A stretch of 64,000 bases of DNA from Minisyncoccota bacterium (GCA_035620375.1 DASPGX010000028.1:2974-66973); one strand, 5' to 3'. Positions 1 to 11,541 are shown, counted from the stretch's first letter. Made by a program: numbers and translations. The notes: a model not told the origin generated them from the sequence alone.

Positions 1-4
1 AACA

Positions 5-3000
5 TTGTTTATCCTTCCCTCGCTGTTCGGTACGGCGGATATTGATACGCCCACCCTCACCTTCAATAACGACCGCGATACCGGTATTGCTCACGAGGGC
101 TCGAATGCTCCGAACAAGCTGTTCTTCGTGACCGCGGGTAACGCGAGCGTCATGATTGATGGGAGCGGAAATCTGGTGCTTGATGAGAACCTGGTCTTCG
201 GTTCAACCGGCGCTGCGAAGCTGGACGTAGAGGGTAACGCCGGTGCGAATCTCATCGTGAATTTTGCCTCCAGTTCGGGCGCGCGCGCATTTCTTATCGG
301 TCCGAACCGGGCAATGGTTGCGGGTGGGGGTGCGTACGCGGCCGCGGACGATTTCCATCAGTTCAACACGGATTCCGGCAACAATAACCCGAACCGTTCG
401 GAAATCGGCGGATTAGACGACCTGTTCATCTCGGGCGACCTGGAGCTTGACGGTATCATTGATATTGCGGGTGACGCATCGGTATCGGGCGATATAGAGA
501 TGCAGACCAATGCGACGTACCTGATTCTCCCGTCCCTTGTCAGCTCGGCCGAAATTGATACGCCCCTGATGACGTTCAATAATGACCGCGACACGGGCAT
601 CGCGCACGAGGGCACGAATGCGCCGAACAAGCTGTTCTTCGTGACCGCGGGTAACGCGAGTGTCATGATTGATGGGAGCGGAAATCTCGTTTTGGACGAG
701 AATATGGTGTTCAGCACGGCGGGAGCCGCAAAACTGGATGTGGAAGGCAATGCCGGCGCGAATCTTATCGTGAATTTCGCCTCCAGCTCCGCGGCGCGTG
801 CGTTCCTTATCGGACCGAACCGGGCGGTGACAATCGGTGGTGCGGCGTACAACGCTGCAGACGATTTCAACCAGATTAACGACGATGCCACGAACAATAA
901 TCCCGGCAGGGCGGAAATCGATTCCATTACCGACCTGTTTATCGCGGACGACGTCGAGATCGACGGCATTTTGGACGTCGGCGGCGCCGCATCCATTTCG
1001 GGCCAACTGGAAGTCGGCACGACATTTAACCGGGAAACCCTGAAGGTGAAGGGCAATAACGGCACGAACGTTTCAACGGCGAATATCACGTTCGTTGACG
1101 ACCCGGATACCGGGTTTGCGAACCTCAGTCAGAACGGCGGCCCGGACAAGATATTCGTGGTGAACGGTGGCTCCGCCAATGCCGTCTTTGATGACGACGG
1201 AGACCTGCTTCTGCGTGACGGCCTGGCGTGGAACACGTCCGACGGCGATGCGAAACTTCACGTCATCAGTGCGGGGAGCGAGAATATTTTCATTGCGGCA
1301 TCCACTTCGGCGTCAACGTTTACCCTTACGAAGTACGGCGTATTTGTCCTCGGCGATGCAACATTCAACGCGAACCTGGAAACGTTCAACCAGTTTAATG
1401 ACGAAACGACGAACACGAACCCTGGCCGCAGTGAAATCACCGATGAAGAGGATCTGTTCATCGCCGGAGACCTGGAGATTGACGGGATACTGGATATTGG
1501 GGGATTCGCATCGATTTCCGGCGACCTGGAGGTCGGTACAAGTAATGAGTTCTTTGTGGACGTCTCGGCGAACAACGTCGGCATCAATACCAGTGCGCCG
1601 ACGGCCACGCTGCACGTCAGCAACCTGACGGCATCCCAGGACATCGTGAATATTTACGACAACACGACCGAGGTATTCAGTATTCTGGACGGCGGTAATG
1701 TCGGGGTGAACGTGACCGATCCGGTTGCCCGGTTCGCGGTGAGCAACGGTGCGGGTGCGCAGGACATATTCAACCTTTTTGACAACACGACCGAGGTCAT
1801 GACGGTTCTGAACGGAGGAAATGTCGGTATCGGCGCCACCGGACCGGAAATGCTGCTGGAGGTGGGCGGGAACATCCTGGCCTCCAATTCGGGCAATATC
1901 TATATCGGAACCGGATTGTTCCAGGTCAGCGGCGTGACGGCTGCGGCGTACAACCGTTTCGGGACCGGCACTACCGGTCATGCGTTGTCCGGCCAGAGCG
2001 ACGTACTGGTGAGCGATGACCTTGAAGTGGATGGTGTTCTGTTCGCCGACGGCGGCGCGACCATGGGCGGGACACTGAACCTGAACAGCAACAACATCAC
2101 GAACGGCGGCACGATTACCGGTACGACCATCACCGGAACAAGCTTCTCGGGCGGGTCATTCAGCGGTTCCAGCCTCTCGGTCAGCGGCGGCGTGAGCGGT
2201 GCGGGAGCGTCGTTCTCCGGAAACATTGAGGTCGCGGGCATCGCCAAACTATCCGCCGGTTCGGCGGGTGCCCCCTCGTATACCTTTACCAGTCAGACGA
2301 ATACGGGAATGTTCCGCAGCGGCACCAGCGTCGGCATCTCCGCCGCGGGAACCCAAATCGGCCTCTTCAGCACGGCCGGGCTTACCGTAACTGGGACCAT
2401 AGAGGCAAGCGGCGGTTTTATCGACAACGGCAACGCCGGCATCGACACGGACTGTGCGGCCAATGAATTCCTCGGCAACCAGACCACCTCGGGCGGCATC
2501 GTGACCGCCGGCTCCTGTGAGACGGACGACGTGGACTATGCCGAGCGCTTCTACGCGGGCGAATCCGGCATCGCTCCCGGTGACGTCATCGTCGCCGACC
2601 CGCGCGGCGCCGTTGATATCGGCGTCCCCGGCGCCGACTACAACCAGGCGGTCGTCCGCAGCACCACAGCCTACCAGGGCTCCACCATCGGCATCATCTC
2701 CACCATGCCCGGACTCATCATCGGCGCCAAAGGCACGGCGGAGCATCCCACCGTGGAAGTCGCCCTCGCCGGCCGCGTCCCCGTGAAGGTCAACGACCAG
2801 AACGGCCCCGTATCCGTGGGAGACATGCTCACCAGCTCCGATGAGCCCGGCATCGCCATGCGCGCCAACCGCGCCGGCATGGTCGTCGGTACCGCCCTGA
2901 CCGAACCCTACGCCTCCGGCTCCCAGCAGTATGTCATCGCCTTCGTGAACCCGCAGTTCTGGATGCCCACCGTCGGCGAAACCGACGACCTCTTCCCGAC

Positions 3001-3541
3001 GGCCGAGGAAGCGGGACTGTTTGAGCGGTTTGTGGGGTATCTGCGGGAACTGCTGGATATCACGCTGGAGAAAGGACTGATTGCGACCATCAAGGGAGTG
3101 TTCACCGAGGTCGTGACCGAGCGGCTCTGTCTGGAGGATGTATGTATCACCAAGGACGAGCTGCGCGGCCTCCTGGATTCCGGCGGAATCGTCCCCGTGG
3201 ACGGGTCCGGCGGACAACCGTCAGATGAGCCGGAAGACGAACAGGACGGGAGTGCGGATGGCGGGGCATCAGGAGGCGATACCTCAGACGGGCAGGATGA
3301 AGGGGAAGAGGTTACGGAAACCGTCGATGACGCCGGAACGGACGACGATGAGAATACTGCCGACGATTCAGGCAATCAGTCCGCGGATGAGACGTCGGAA
3401 ACCGAAGGCGGTGATGCCGGGGAGGGAGCGTCGGCAGATACAGCGGAAGACAGTTCTGCAGGGGAGACCGGTGACAGCGGAACGGAGGCCGGTCCCGATT
3501 CCGGGTCATCGTCATCGGGCGAAAGTGGTGATACGGAGTAA
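5..3541 (+). CDS. Giant repetitive extracellular protein (adhesin/tail-fibre-like). Has ~170-aa tandem repeats, a Gly/Thr/Ser-rich fibre region, and a ~110-aa acidic D/E/S/G low-complexity C-terminal tail. Probably continues upstream of the window.
   Basis: 1178-aa ORF. The protein repeat IDTP(T/L)(L/M)TFNNDRDTGIAHEG(S/T)NAPNKLFFVTAGNASVMIDGSGNLVLDEN... occurs twice nearly identically and a third time diverged. The underlying DNA repeat has a 510-nt period (e.g. 121-175 vs 631-685). Ends in an SDEPEDEQDGSADGG...GESGDTE tail. No catalytic motif recognised. Confidence 0.6.
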   Translation: MFILPSLFGTADIDTPTLTFNNDRDTGIAHEGSNAPNKLFFVTAGNASVMIDGSGNLVLDENLVFGSTGAAKLDVEGNAGANLIVNFASSSGARAFLIGPNRAMVAGGGAYAAADDFHQFNTDSGNNNPNRSEIGGLDDLFISGDLELDGIIDIAGDASVSGDIEMQTNATYLILPSLVSSAEIDTPLMTFNNDRDTGIAHEGTNAPNKLFFVTAGNASVMIDGSGNLVLDENMVFSTAGAAKLDVEGNAGANLIVNFASSSAARAFLIGPNRAVTIGGAAYNAADDFNQINDDATNNNPGRAEIDSITDLFIADDVEIDGILDVGGAASISGQLEVGTTFNRETLKVKGNNGTNVSTANITFVDDPDTGFANLSQNGGPDKIFVVNGGSANAVFDDDGDLLLRDGLAWNTSDGDAKLHVISAGSENIFIAASTSASTFTLTKYGVFVLGDATFNANLETFNQFNDETTNTNPGRSEITDEEDLFIAGDLEIDGILDIGGFASISGDLEVGTSNEFFVDVSANNVGINTSAPTATLHVSNLTASQDIVNIYDNTTEVFSILDGGNVGVNVTDPVARFAVSNGAGAQDIFNLFDNTTEVMTVLNGGNVGIGATGPEMLLEVGGNILASNSGNIYIGTGLFQVSGVTAAAYNRFGTGTTGHALSGQSDVLVSDDLEVDGVLFADGGATMGGTLNLNSNNITNGGTITGTTITGTSFSGGSFSGSSLSVSGGVSGAGASFSGNIEVAGIAKLSAGSAGAPSYTFTSQTNTGMFRSGTSVGISAAGTQIGLFSTAGLTVTGTIEASGGFIDNGNAGIDTDCAANEFLGNQTTSGGIVTAGSCETDDVDYAERFYAGESGIAPGDVIVADPRGAVDIGVPGADYNQAVVRSTTAYQGSTIGIISTMPGLIIGAKGTAEHPTVEVALAGRVPVKVNDQNGPVSVGDMLTSSDEPGIAMRANRAGMVVGTALTEPYASGSQQYVIAFVNPQFWMPTVGETDDLFPTAEEAGLFERFVGYLRELLDITLEKGLIATIKGVFTEVVTERLCLEDVCITKDELRGLLDSGGIVPVDGSGGQPSDEPEDEQDGSADGGASGGDTSDGQDEGEEVTETVDDAGTDDDENTADDSGNQSADETSETEGGDAGEGASADTAEDSSAGETGDSGTEAGPDSGSSSSGESGDTE

Positions 3542-3644
3542 AAATATGTCCGAGAGCGGCGCTGGAAGCCCCAATATAACGATTTTTCCGAATGTCTGAC
3601 GAAAAAGACCCGTTCTGAGCGTGTGAGCGATATTGGAGGGATGA

Positions 3645-3668
3645 CTTTTTCCACAGCTGTGGAAAAAG
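3645..3668. terminator. Perfect palindrome ctttttccacagctgtggaaaaag downstream of the giant protein gene (terminator-like hairpin)
   Basis: 24-nt self-complementary sequence with A/T runs on both sides, lying between the 3541 stop and the next gene start. Confidence 0.4.
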
Positions 3669-3757
3669 TCGGTTGGCGTTCGTCCGAAGCGGTTGGTATG
3701 CTTTCGCCAACGTAATATTTGCCGGGATTTTCGGAGGGACCGGCGTCTGAAGCTCAC

Positions 3758-4468
3758 ATGAAAGTCGTATCAAAATTGCTTGCGGGTCTGATTCTTGTCG
3801 CGGCCATCGCCGGAGGCGGCTGGTATTTCTTCAATAAGGGTAAGCAGGAGTTCGTCATCAAGCCGGGTGAGAAACTTTCCGAGGAGCAGGTGTCGCGGCT
3901 GGTCCAGCGCGTCGGACGGTTCCTCGTGCTTCCGGACAACGAGGAGCCCTCGGTCGCGGCCATCGTTGACGCCGCCGCGCTCGCCGAACGCCAGTCGTTC
4001 TACCAAGGCGCAAAGGACGGCGATATTCTTCTGGTCTACTCCAACAAAGCCATCATCTATGACGCGGTTGAAGATAAACTGGTGAATGTCGGACCCATCG
4101 TGCGCACGGACGAGCCGGTTGCGCCGGTCGCCAGCGGAAGCGGAACTCCGCTGCCGGAGGCAAGCGCGACGCCTGCTCCCGAGCCGACCGAGCCCGTCAC
4201 TATTGAAGTCCGCAACGGCACGACGACCGCCGGCCTCGCCGGAGCGATGCGCGACGAGCTGAAGAAGAACGAGCTGTTCAACGTGACCTCCGTCGGCGAC
4301 GCGACGGGCAGTTACACGGAAACGTTCATCGTTGACCTGACAGGCGGCAAGAAGTTCGCGACCGTCCAGGCGCTGCAGCAGGAGCTGAAGACCGCGAAGC
4401 TGGTGACGGCGCTTCCTCAGGGCGAGCGCTCCACGACGGCAGAAGTTCTCGTTCTTATCGGGAAGTAG
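3758..4468 (+). CDS. Membrane-anchored protein with LytR_C (LytR/CpsA/Psr C-terminal) domain
   Basis: N-terminal TM segment KLLAGLILVAAIAGGGWYFF. C-terminal IEVRNGTTTAGLAG...ELKKNELFNVTSVGDA...TFIVDLTGGK...VLVLIGK is typical of LytR_C. The ORF-track start at 3719 is TTG; the ATG at 3758 is preferred. Confidence 0.55.
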   Translation: MKVVSKLLAGLILVAAIAGGGWYFFNKGKQEFVIKPGEKLSEEQVSRLVQRVGRFLVLPDNEEPSVAAIVDAAALAERQSFYQGAKDGDILLVYSNKAIIYDAVEDKLVNVGPIVRTDEPVAPVASGSGTPLPEASATPAPEPTEPVTIEVRNGTTTAGLAGAMRDELKKNELFNVTSVGDATGSYTETFIVDLTGGKKFATVQALQQELKTAKLVTALPQGERSTTAEVLVLIGK

Positions 4469-4484
4469 CCGCCCCGAAAGCCCT

Positions 4485-4529
4485 CCTATATACTGAACGG
4501 CTCATCATATGAGCCGTTCAGTATATAGG
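4485..4529. repeat. Intergenic palindromic element copy 1 (core AACGGCTCAT-cat-ATGAGCCGTT)
   Basis: 45-nt near-perfect palindrome cctatatactgaacggctcat-cat-atgagccgttcagtatatagg. Shares its core with elements at 14824, 46536 and 62251. Confidence 0.6.
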
Positions 4530-4649
4530 TACGGTGAATTCTAAAGTTATCTACATACCACTTGCGGAGGGTATGCTATCATCCAAGTGCAACCTGGTAA
4601 CGCAAAAGCGCTTGTGAACCAAGCGTTTTTGCGTTTTAATGAGGAAACG

Positions 4650-7091
4650 ATGGAGCGCTCGTACGACCCTTCTTCCCTTGAGAAGAAGTGGCACGAACAG
4701 TGGCAGGACGCCGGACTCTACAGGACTCCCGATTCCGAAAAGGAGCGGGAGAATTTCATGTTGCTGACGGAATTTCCGTATCCGTCGGGCAATCTCCATA
4801 TCGGACACTGGTACGCCTTCGCGTTGCCGGACATGCTCGCGCGGTATTTGCGCATGACCGGCAGGAACGTCCTGTATCCCATCGGCTTTGACGCGTTCGG
4901 ATTGCCGGCCGAGAACGCCGCCATCCAGCGCGGCGTTCATCCGGAGGCGTGGACCCGGGAAAATATCGCGACCATGACGGAGCAGCTCCGCTCCATGGGG
5001 GCGTCGTTCGACTGGTCGCGGGCGGTTTCCACCATTGACCCGGCATATTACCGGTGGACGCAGTGGATGTTCCTCCGCTTTTTTGAAAAGGGCCTTGCCT
5101 ACAGGGCACGGACGACGGTCAACTGGTGTCCGAAAGACAAAACTGTCCTTGCCAATGAGCAGGTCGTCGACGGCGCCTGTGACCGGTGCGGCACGGCGGT
5201 TCAGCAGCAGGAGCGCGAACAGTGGATGCTCAAGACGACGGCGTACGCGGCTGAATTGGCTTCGGACCTTCAGGGGCTGGATTATCCCGAATCCACCAAA
5301 GCCGCCCAGCGGAACTGGATAGGGCCGAGCGAGGGCGCGGAAATCATTTTCCGGCTCAATGTACCGGGCCAGGACGACGGAAAGCACAGCGTGGCCGTCT
5401 TCACGACGCGGCCCGACACGCTGTTCGGCTGTACCTACCTTGCGGTTTCTCCCGAGCTGGCGAAGAAGTGGATGGACGTCGGGTGGGAAGCCCCGGACGC
5501 GGTCCGGGCGTACGTGGACGATGCGTTATCGCGGCGCGAGCTGGAACGCCTTGAGCGGGAAAAGACGGGCGTGGACAGCGGAGTAGCCGCCATCAACCCC
5601 GTTAACGGCGGGAAGGTGCCGGTCTGGGTTGCTGATTACGTGTTGGGCTCCTACGGTACCGGCGCCATCATGGCCGTTCCGGCGCACGACGAACGCGATT
5701 TTGAGTTCGCGGAGAAATTCGGCCTGCCCGTACGACAGGTAATCGAACCGGCCGGAGGAGACGATTCGTCCGGGGGCTCCGTCTATGCCGGAGAAGGCGT
5801 GCTTACGAACTCTGGGCCGTATGACGGTTTGGATTCCGCGCAGGCGCGAACGAAGATTACCGCAGAACTCGCTTCCAAGGGTCACGGTTCAGCCCGCACG
5901 ACATACCGTCTCCGCGATTGGATATTGTCCCGTCAGCGCTACTGGGGGTGTCCGATTCCGCTCATTTCGTGCAAGGAGTGCGGATTTGTCCCTGTTCCCG
6001 ACGAACAGCTGCCCGTCGAACTTCCTCCGCTGGACGACTTCAGGCCCGCCGATGACGGACGCTCTCCGCTCGCCAAGGCCGCGGGGTGGGTGAAAGCCGC
6101 ATGTCCGAAGTGCGGCGGAGACGCCGAGCGTGAAACCGATACGATGGATACCTTCGTGGATTCCTCGTGGTACTTCCTCCGGTACGCCGACCCGGACAAT
6201 GGCGGACGGTTCGCCGGTGAGGATAAAATCGGGGCATGGCTTCCCGTGCCGATGTACGTCGGCGGAGCGGAACACAATACGATGCACCTGCTGTATTCGC
6301 GGTTCTGGACGCGTGCGCTGAACGGCCTGGGCCTGGTGCCGTTCGCCGAGCCGTACCTGGCGCGGAGGAACCACGGCGTAATCCTCGGTCCGGACGGGCA
6401 GAAGATGTCCAAGTCGCGCGGGAACGTTATCGACCCCGACGAGCAGGTGGCCAAGTACGGCGCGGACACGGTGCGTATGTACCTGGCGTTCATGGCGCCG
6501 TACGAGCAGGGCGGACCGTGGGATCCCAAGGGCATCACCGGGGTGCACCGGTTCCTCAAGCGCTTCTGGGCGTTCGTCCATGACCGCTGGGAAAGCGCGG
6601 ACGGAGCGGACAGCGAAGATGCCGCAAAGGCGGTTCACCGGGCGAACCGGGACATCGGCGACGATTTGGCGAACCTCCGCTTTAATACGGCGGTTTCTTC
6701 GGCGATGATAATGCTCAATGCGCTTGAGACGGAAACAAAAGTCTCGCGGGACCTTCTCCGCCGGATGGTGCGCATCCTCGCGCCGATGGCCCCGCATATG
6801 GCCGAGGAACTCTGGCGTGGGACGCTCGGCGAACATGAGTCGGTCCACGTACAGAAATGGCCGGAGCCCGAGGAGGACATTCTGCGGGAGGACGAGTACG
6901 AACTGCCGGTTCAGGTGAACGGGAAACTGCGGGGGAGAATCGTCGTCGGACGCACCGATGACGAACGGACGGCGGTCGCGAAAGCGCTGCAATCCCCTGA
7001 TATTTTGCGGATTATCGGGGAGCAGTCCCCGAAAAAGACCGTATTTGTCGCCGGACGGATGCTCAATATCCTTGTGGATGAGAGCCATTGA
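4650..7091 (+). CDS. leuS: Leucyl-tRNA synthetase
   Basis: NLHIGH and KMSKS class I signatures with LeuS-specific editing/CP1 architecture. GAGGA RBS 6 nt upstream of the ATG at 4650. The ORF-track start at 4587 is an upstream in-frame extension. Confidence 0.95.
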   Translation: MERSYDPSSLEKKWHEQWQDAGLYRTPDSEKERENFMLLTEFPYPSGNLHIGHWYAFALPDMLARYLRMTGRNVLYPIGFDAFGLPAENAAIQRGVHPEAWTRENIATMTEQLRSMGASFDWSRAVSTIDPAYYRWTQWMFLRFFEKGLAYRARTTVNWCPKDKTVLANEQVVDGACDRCGTAVQQQEREQWMLKTTAYAAELASDLQGLDYPESTKAAQRNWIGPSEGAEIIFRLNVPGQDDGKHSVAVFTTRPDTLFGCTYLAVSPELAKKWMDVGWEAPDAVRAYVDDALSRRELERLEREKTGVDSGVAAINPVNGGKVPVWVADYVLGSYGTGAIMAVPAHDERDFEFAEKFGLPVRQVIEPAGGDDSSGGSVYAGEGVLTNSGPYDGLDSAQARTKITAELASKGHGSARTTYRLRDWILSRQRYWGCPIPLISCKECGFVPVPDEQLPVELPPLDDFRPADDGRSPLAKAAGWVKAACPKCGGDAERETDTMDTFVDSSWYFLRYADPDNGGRFAGEDKIGAWLPVPMYVGGAEHNTMHLLYSRFWTRALNGLGLVPFAEPYLARRNHGVILGPDGQKMSKSRGNVIDPDEQVAKYGADTVRMYLAFMAPYEQGGPWDPKGITGVHRFLKRFWAFVHDRWESADGADSEDAAKAVHRANRDIGDDLANLRFNTAVSSAMIMLNALETETKVSRDLLRRMVRILAPMAPHMAEELWRGTLGEHESVHVQKWPEPEEDILREDEYELPVQVNGKLRGRIVVGRTDDERTAVAKALQSPDILRIIGEQSPKKTVFVAGRMLNILVDESH

Positions 7092-7206
7092 CACGGCCCC
7101 GCATGAGTTGCTATAATAATAGGTAGCGGTCGTACGACATCTAATCTGTCCGCCGATGGCGGAGCGTGCCACAGGGCATGCACCGGCCGCCGGCAGACCT
7201 TCCGAA

Positions 7207-7548
7207 ATGGAGGACAATGACCGGCAGTTCGTAGAATACGTAATCAAGTCCATCGTGACGCATCCGGACGACGTGAAAGTCGACCGGACCGTGGACGAAC
7301 TCGGCGTCCTGCTGACCGTGAAGGTGCACCGGGACGACATGGGTCTGCTCATCGGCCGCAGCGGCGCGACGGCGAAGTCCATCCGCACGCTGGCCCGCAT
7401 CGTGGGCATGCGCAACAACTCGCGCGTGAACATGAGGATTGAGGAGCCCGAAGGCGGACGCATGGAAAAGCCCGTCGGTTCCGGCAGCGTCCTGACCGAG
7501 GACGGCAAGAGCAAGGACATCGCGGACGTCTTGGGTGATTTGCAGTAA
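7207..7548 (+). CDS. KH-domain RNA-binding protein (KhpA/YlqC-like) with C-terminal extension
   Basis: VKVHRDDMGLLIGRSGATAKSIRTLARIVG contains the KH GxxG loop. The start could instead be the upstream in-frame ATG at 7156. Confidence 0.6.
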   Translation: MEDNDRQFVEYVIKSIVTHPDDVKVDRTVDELGVLLTVKVHRDDMGLLIGRSGATAKSIRTLARIVGMRNNSRVNMRIEEPEGGRMEKPVGSGSVLTEDGKSKDIADVLGDLQ

Positions 7549-7564
7549 TCGCTTCACGAAAGCA

Positions 7565-7596
7565 CCGCCCGCCTGAGTGAGGCGGGCTTTCGTTCA
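7565..7596 (+). terminator. Rho-independent terminator after the KH-domain gene
   Basis: GC-rich stem ccgcccgcc / ggcgggc followed by tttcgtt. Confidence 0.55.
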
Positions 7597-7750
7597 GCTC
7601 CGGGATTGGCTATTTCACCCGGTACCGTCGTTGCCGCTGCGCGCTTCGCGAGACGTACGTTGAGTACGCCTCGCTCCAGTGCTCGCTCTGCGCCTCGGTC
7701 TCGGGCGAAATATCTCAATCCGTGGTAGAACCACTACGGAGGCACAAACT

Positions 7751-8395
7751 ATGCTGAAGTTTGAGATTATCACCATCTTTCCGGACATATTCACGGGATT
7801 TCTACAGGAGTCCCTGATTTCCAAGGCGCAGAAGAAGCGTCTGATTTCCATTCGCACGCATTACCTGCGTAAATGGACCACCGACCGTCATCAGACCGTG
7901 GACGGCAAGCCCTACGGCGGGGGTCCGGGTCTGGTGATGAAGGTGGAGCCGCTCTATAAGGCCGTGCGTGACATCACGAAGCGGAAGACCGGGAAGACCC
8001 GCGTCGTTCTGTTTTCGCCGCGCGGAAAGCAACTGGACCAGAAAACGGTCCGGCGTTGGGCGAAGCTGGACCGTCTGGTGTTCATCTGCGGGCGCTACGA
8101 GGGCGTGGACGAGCGGGTCGCCGACCATGTCGCCGACGAGGTCGTCTCCGTCGGGCCGTACGTGCTCAACGGCGGCGAGGTCGCGGCGATGGCCGCGATA
8201 GAGGCGGTATCACGGCTGGTTCCCGGATTCATGCATGATGAAGACAGCCAGACCAAGGAGGATCACCCGCAGTTCACCAAGCCGGAAGTGTTCAGCCCGG
8301 AGTCCGGAGTGCGGTGGCGCGTCCCCAAGGTTCTGCTCTCGGGCAACCACGCGGAAATCGCCCGGTGGCGGCAAAAGCGTCTCAAAAAGAACTGA
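7751..8395 (+). CDS. trmD: tRNA (guanine37-N1)-methyltransferase
   Basis: MLKFEIITIFPDIF...KPYGGGPGLVM... is the TrmD SPOUT signature. GGAGG RBS upstream of the ATG at 7751. Confidence 0.9.
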   Translation: MLKFEIITIFPDIFTGFLQESLISKAQKKRLISIRTHYLRKWTTDRHQTVDGKPYGGGPGLVMKVEPLYKAVRDITKRKTGKTRVVLFSPRGKQLDQKTVRRWAKLDRLVFICGRYEGVDERVADHVADEVVSVGPYVLNGGEVAAMAAIEAVSRLVPGFMHDEDSQTKEDHPQFTKPEVFSPESGVRWRVPKVLLSGNHAEIARWRQKRLKKN

Positions 8396-8439
8396 TTCCG
8401 TGTGCATAGCGGCATCCGGGGGTCTGGTATACTGACAGT

Positions 8440-8694
8440 ATGGTATCGGACGCCCACCACCGTTTCGCCGCGCTCGTTTCGGGCTCTGCGCTTTCCGACG
8501 ACGACAAGTCGGCGTGGCTGGATTTCGCCGACATGCTCGGCGGAAGCGACGTTGCGGCACTGCTTGAGCGCGCGGAAAGCGCGCCCGGCGCCCTGAAGGA
8601 GATGAACGATGAGCTGAAACTGAAGCAGGAATATATCCGGACGGGCGACTCCGCGGTTCTGGAGCGGATGTCCGGCCAATCCCATGCCGAATAA
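8440..8694 (+). CDS. Hypothetical small protein
   Basis: 84-aa ORF with ordinary composition. The antisense ORFs in this region are R/S-rich and look spurious. Confidence 0.3.
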   Translation: MVSDAHHRFAALVSGSALSDDDKSAWLDFADMLGGSDVAALLERAESAPGALKEMNDELKLKQEYIRTGDSAVLERMSGQSHAE

Positions 8695-9616
8695 GAGCGA
8701 ACAACCGCAGGCGGTCCCGCAAACTGAATCCGTTGCTCCGGCGCGCGCGCGGGAGCGTGAAGAGAATCTCGAGCGGGCGGCTTCACGTACCGGCGAACTG
8801 GTGACCGCCGATATTAAAGCCGCTGACGAGGTGCCGGTCCGCCGCCGGGGTAACCGTCTCCGTTCCGCGGTTCTGCTGACGACAATGGCCGTCACCGGGT
8901 TCATCTCTGAGACGATGGGAGTGAAGCCTGCGGAGGCCGGACAGGGCCACGGGCGGGAAACGGCGCGTGAGCTGATGTGGGAAGGGAGCTATTTCGCAAA
9001 CCAGATAGTGGACCGGAATCTGTATGACTCCATCATGCGGATTCAGAACGCCCAGGAGCGCATGCGGCAGATTGAGTACCAGCTGCAGGACGCCCAGCGC
9101 CAGCGGAGCGAGAACGCCGGCGAACTCGGGCGGATAAACAGCGAGCTTGCCGGTCACATGAATACGCTTGCCGCAAAACCGGGCTACCTTGAATACGCGA
9201 CCCAGCACGAGCGGTACCTGACCCTCGGGCACATGCGGACTGAACTTGCCACGGCGCTGTACGGCGGCAATGCGCTGGGGGCCATGGCCGCCATTCAGCA
9301 GCGCGTGAAGGAGATTGATGACGAGCGGGCTGCAATCAGCAGGCAGCTGAAAAAGATTGCCGCGCAGCATTCCATCGACGAGCATCAGAACCAGCCGTGG
9401 GAGCTGGTGGAGCATATGAATCTGGTCAACGAGCAGTACCGGCGGATTTCCGAGCAGATGCGGCTGACGAAGGCGATGGAGCTGTGGACGGTGGAACTCC
9501 AGGGGGCGTCCGGAGCATTGTCCGATGCCGAGAGTTCACGCCGGAGGAATGAACTTCTCCGGGCGGGAATTCAGGTCGGGACCACGGTCCTGGACACGAT
9601 TTTGCGGCCCCGGTAG
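8684..9616 (+). CDS. Hypothetical coiled-coil protein
   Basis: 310-aa ORF rich in Q/E/R/L heptad-like stretches. Composition is plausible, unlike the antisense L-rich ORF 8783..9415. Confidence 0.4.
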   Translation: MPNKSEQPQAVPQTESVAPARAREREENLERAASRTGELVTADIKAADEVPVRRRGNRLRSAVLLTTMAVTGFISETMGVKPAEAGQGHGRETARELMWEGSYFANQIVDRNLYDSIMRIQNAQERMRQIEYQLQDAQRQRSENAGELGRINSELAGHMNTLAAKPGYLEYATQHERYLTLGHMRTELATALYGGNALGAMAAIQQRVKEIDDERAAISRQLKKIAAQHSIDEHQNQPWELVEHMNLVNEQYRRISEQMRLTKAMELWTVELQGASGALSDAESSRRRNELLRAGIQVGTTVLDTILRPR

Positions 9617-9633
9617 GCCCGTTTTCCGGGCTA

Positions 9634-9662
9634 TTGACGGTTTCTGGGATGCCGAGTATACT
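9634..9662 (+). promoter_or_regulatory. Candidate sigma70-type rRNA promoter (TTGACG-17-TATACT)
   Basis: ctaTTGACGgtttctgggatgccgagTATACTgg sits ~200 nt upstream of the 16S 5' end. Confidence 0.45.
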
Positions 9663-9821
9663 GGCGGCACTCCTATGAGGGATGTCATAGAAGCATAAAA
9701 ACCACCCTATTCTGCGGTACACCCGCGTTTGCCCCCATCCGGAGGCAAACGCGGTTGTATTGTGAGGTCACCGAAGGTGACCGAAACCCCGAGCATCGTC
9801 GAGGGGTGCTCTACAGCCGGG

Positions 9822-9838
9822 GACCTTGTCAATTTGAT
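9822..9838 (+). other. 16S leader half of a long-range processing stem (pairs with 11542..11558)
   Basis: atttgatatagccaatc is the exact reverse complement of gattggctatatcaaat, which lies 178 nt past the 16S 3' end. This is the classic RNase III-type stem bracketing the mature 16S. Confidence 0.6.
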
Positions 9839-9865
9839 ATAGCCAATCAGTTCCATTCCTATTAA

Positions 9866-11364
<1,499 letters not shown>

Positions 11365-11541
11365 ATTCAAGCTTTCCCTCTCCGGAGGGGAACGGATAGA
11401 AGGTAAATGTCGATGTAGGATATGCGCTGGCTTCTCAGCAATGGGAAGCGGGCTTAACCGCCACGGCGCATGAACTACGGCGGGTCCGACGCATAAATCG
11501 GAGGCCTTATACCGGTTCGGCCAAAAACACCGGTGGTGGAC

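Noticed and set aside
2400-3000. Hint/intein-like or S74 chaperone autoprocessing domain in the C-terminal part of the giant protein
   Set aside because: Only a leading Cys and a T-x-x-H-P match were seen, with no terminal HN or Ser-Lys dyad context. This is too weak to call and is kept only as a remark in the finding.
358-3217. Several long minus-strand ORFs (358..1089, 413..1006, 1313..1981, 2249..3217) inside the giant repeat-protein gene
   Set aside because: Antisense to a coherent 1178-aa repeat protein. Their compositions are R/A/G-rich, as expected for antisense frames in high-GC DNA, and they carry no motifs.
5889-7520. 543-aa minus-strand ORF overlapping leuS
   Set aside because: leuS on the plus strand has unambiguous HIGH/KMSKS signatures, so the minus ORF is a high-GC antisense artefact.
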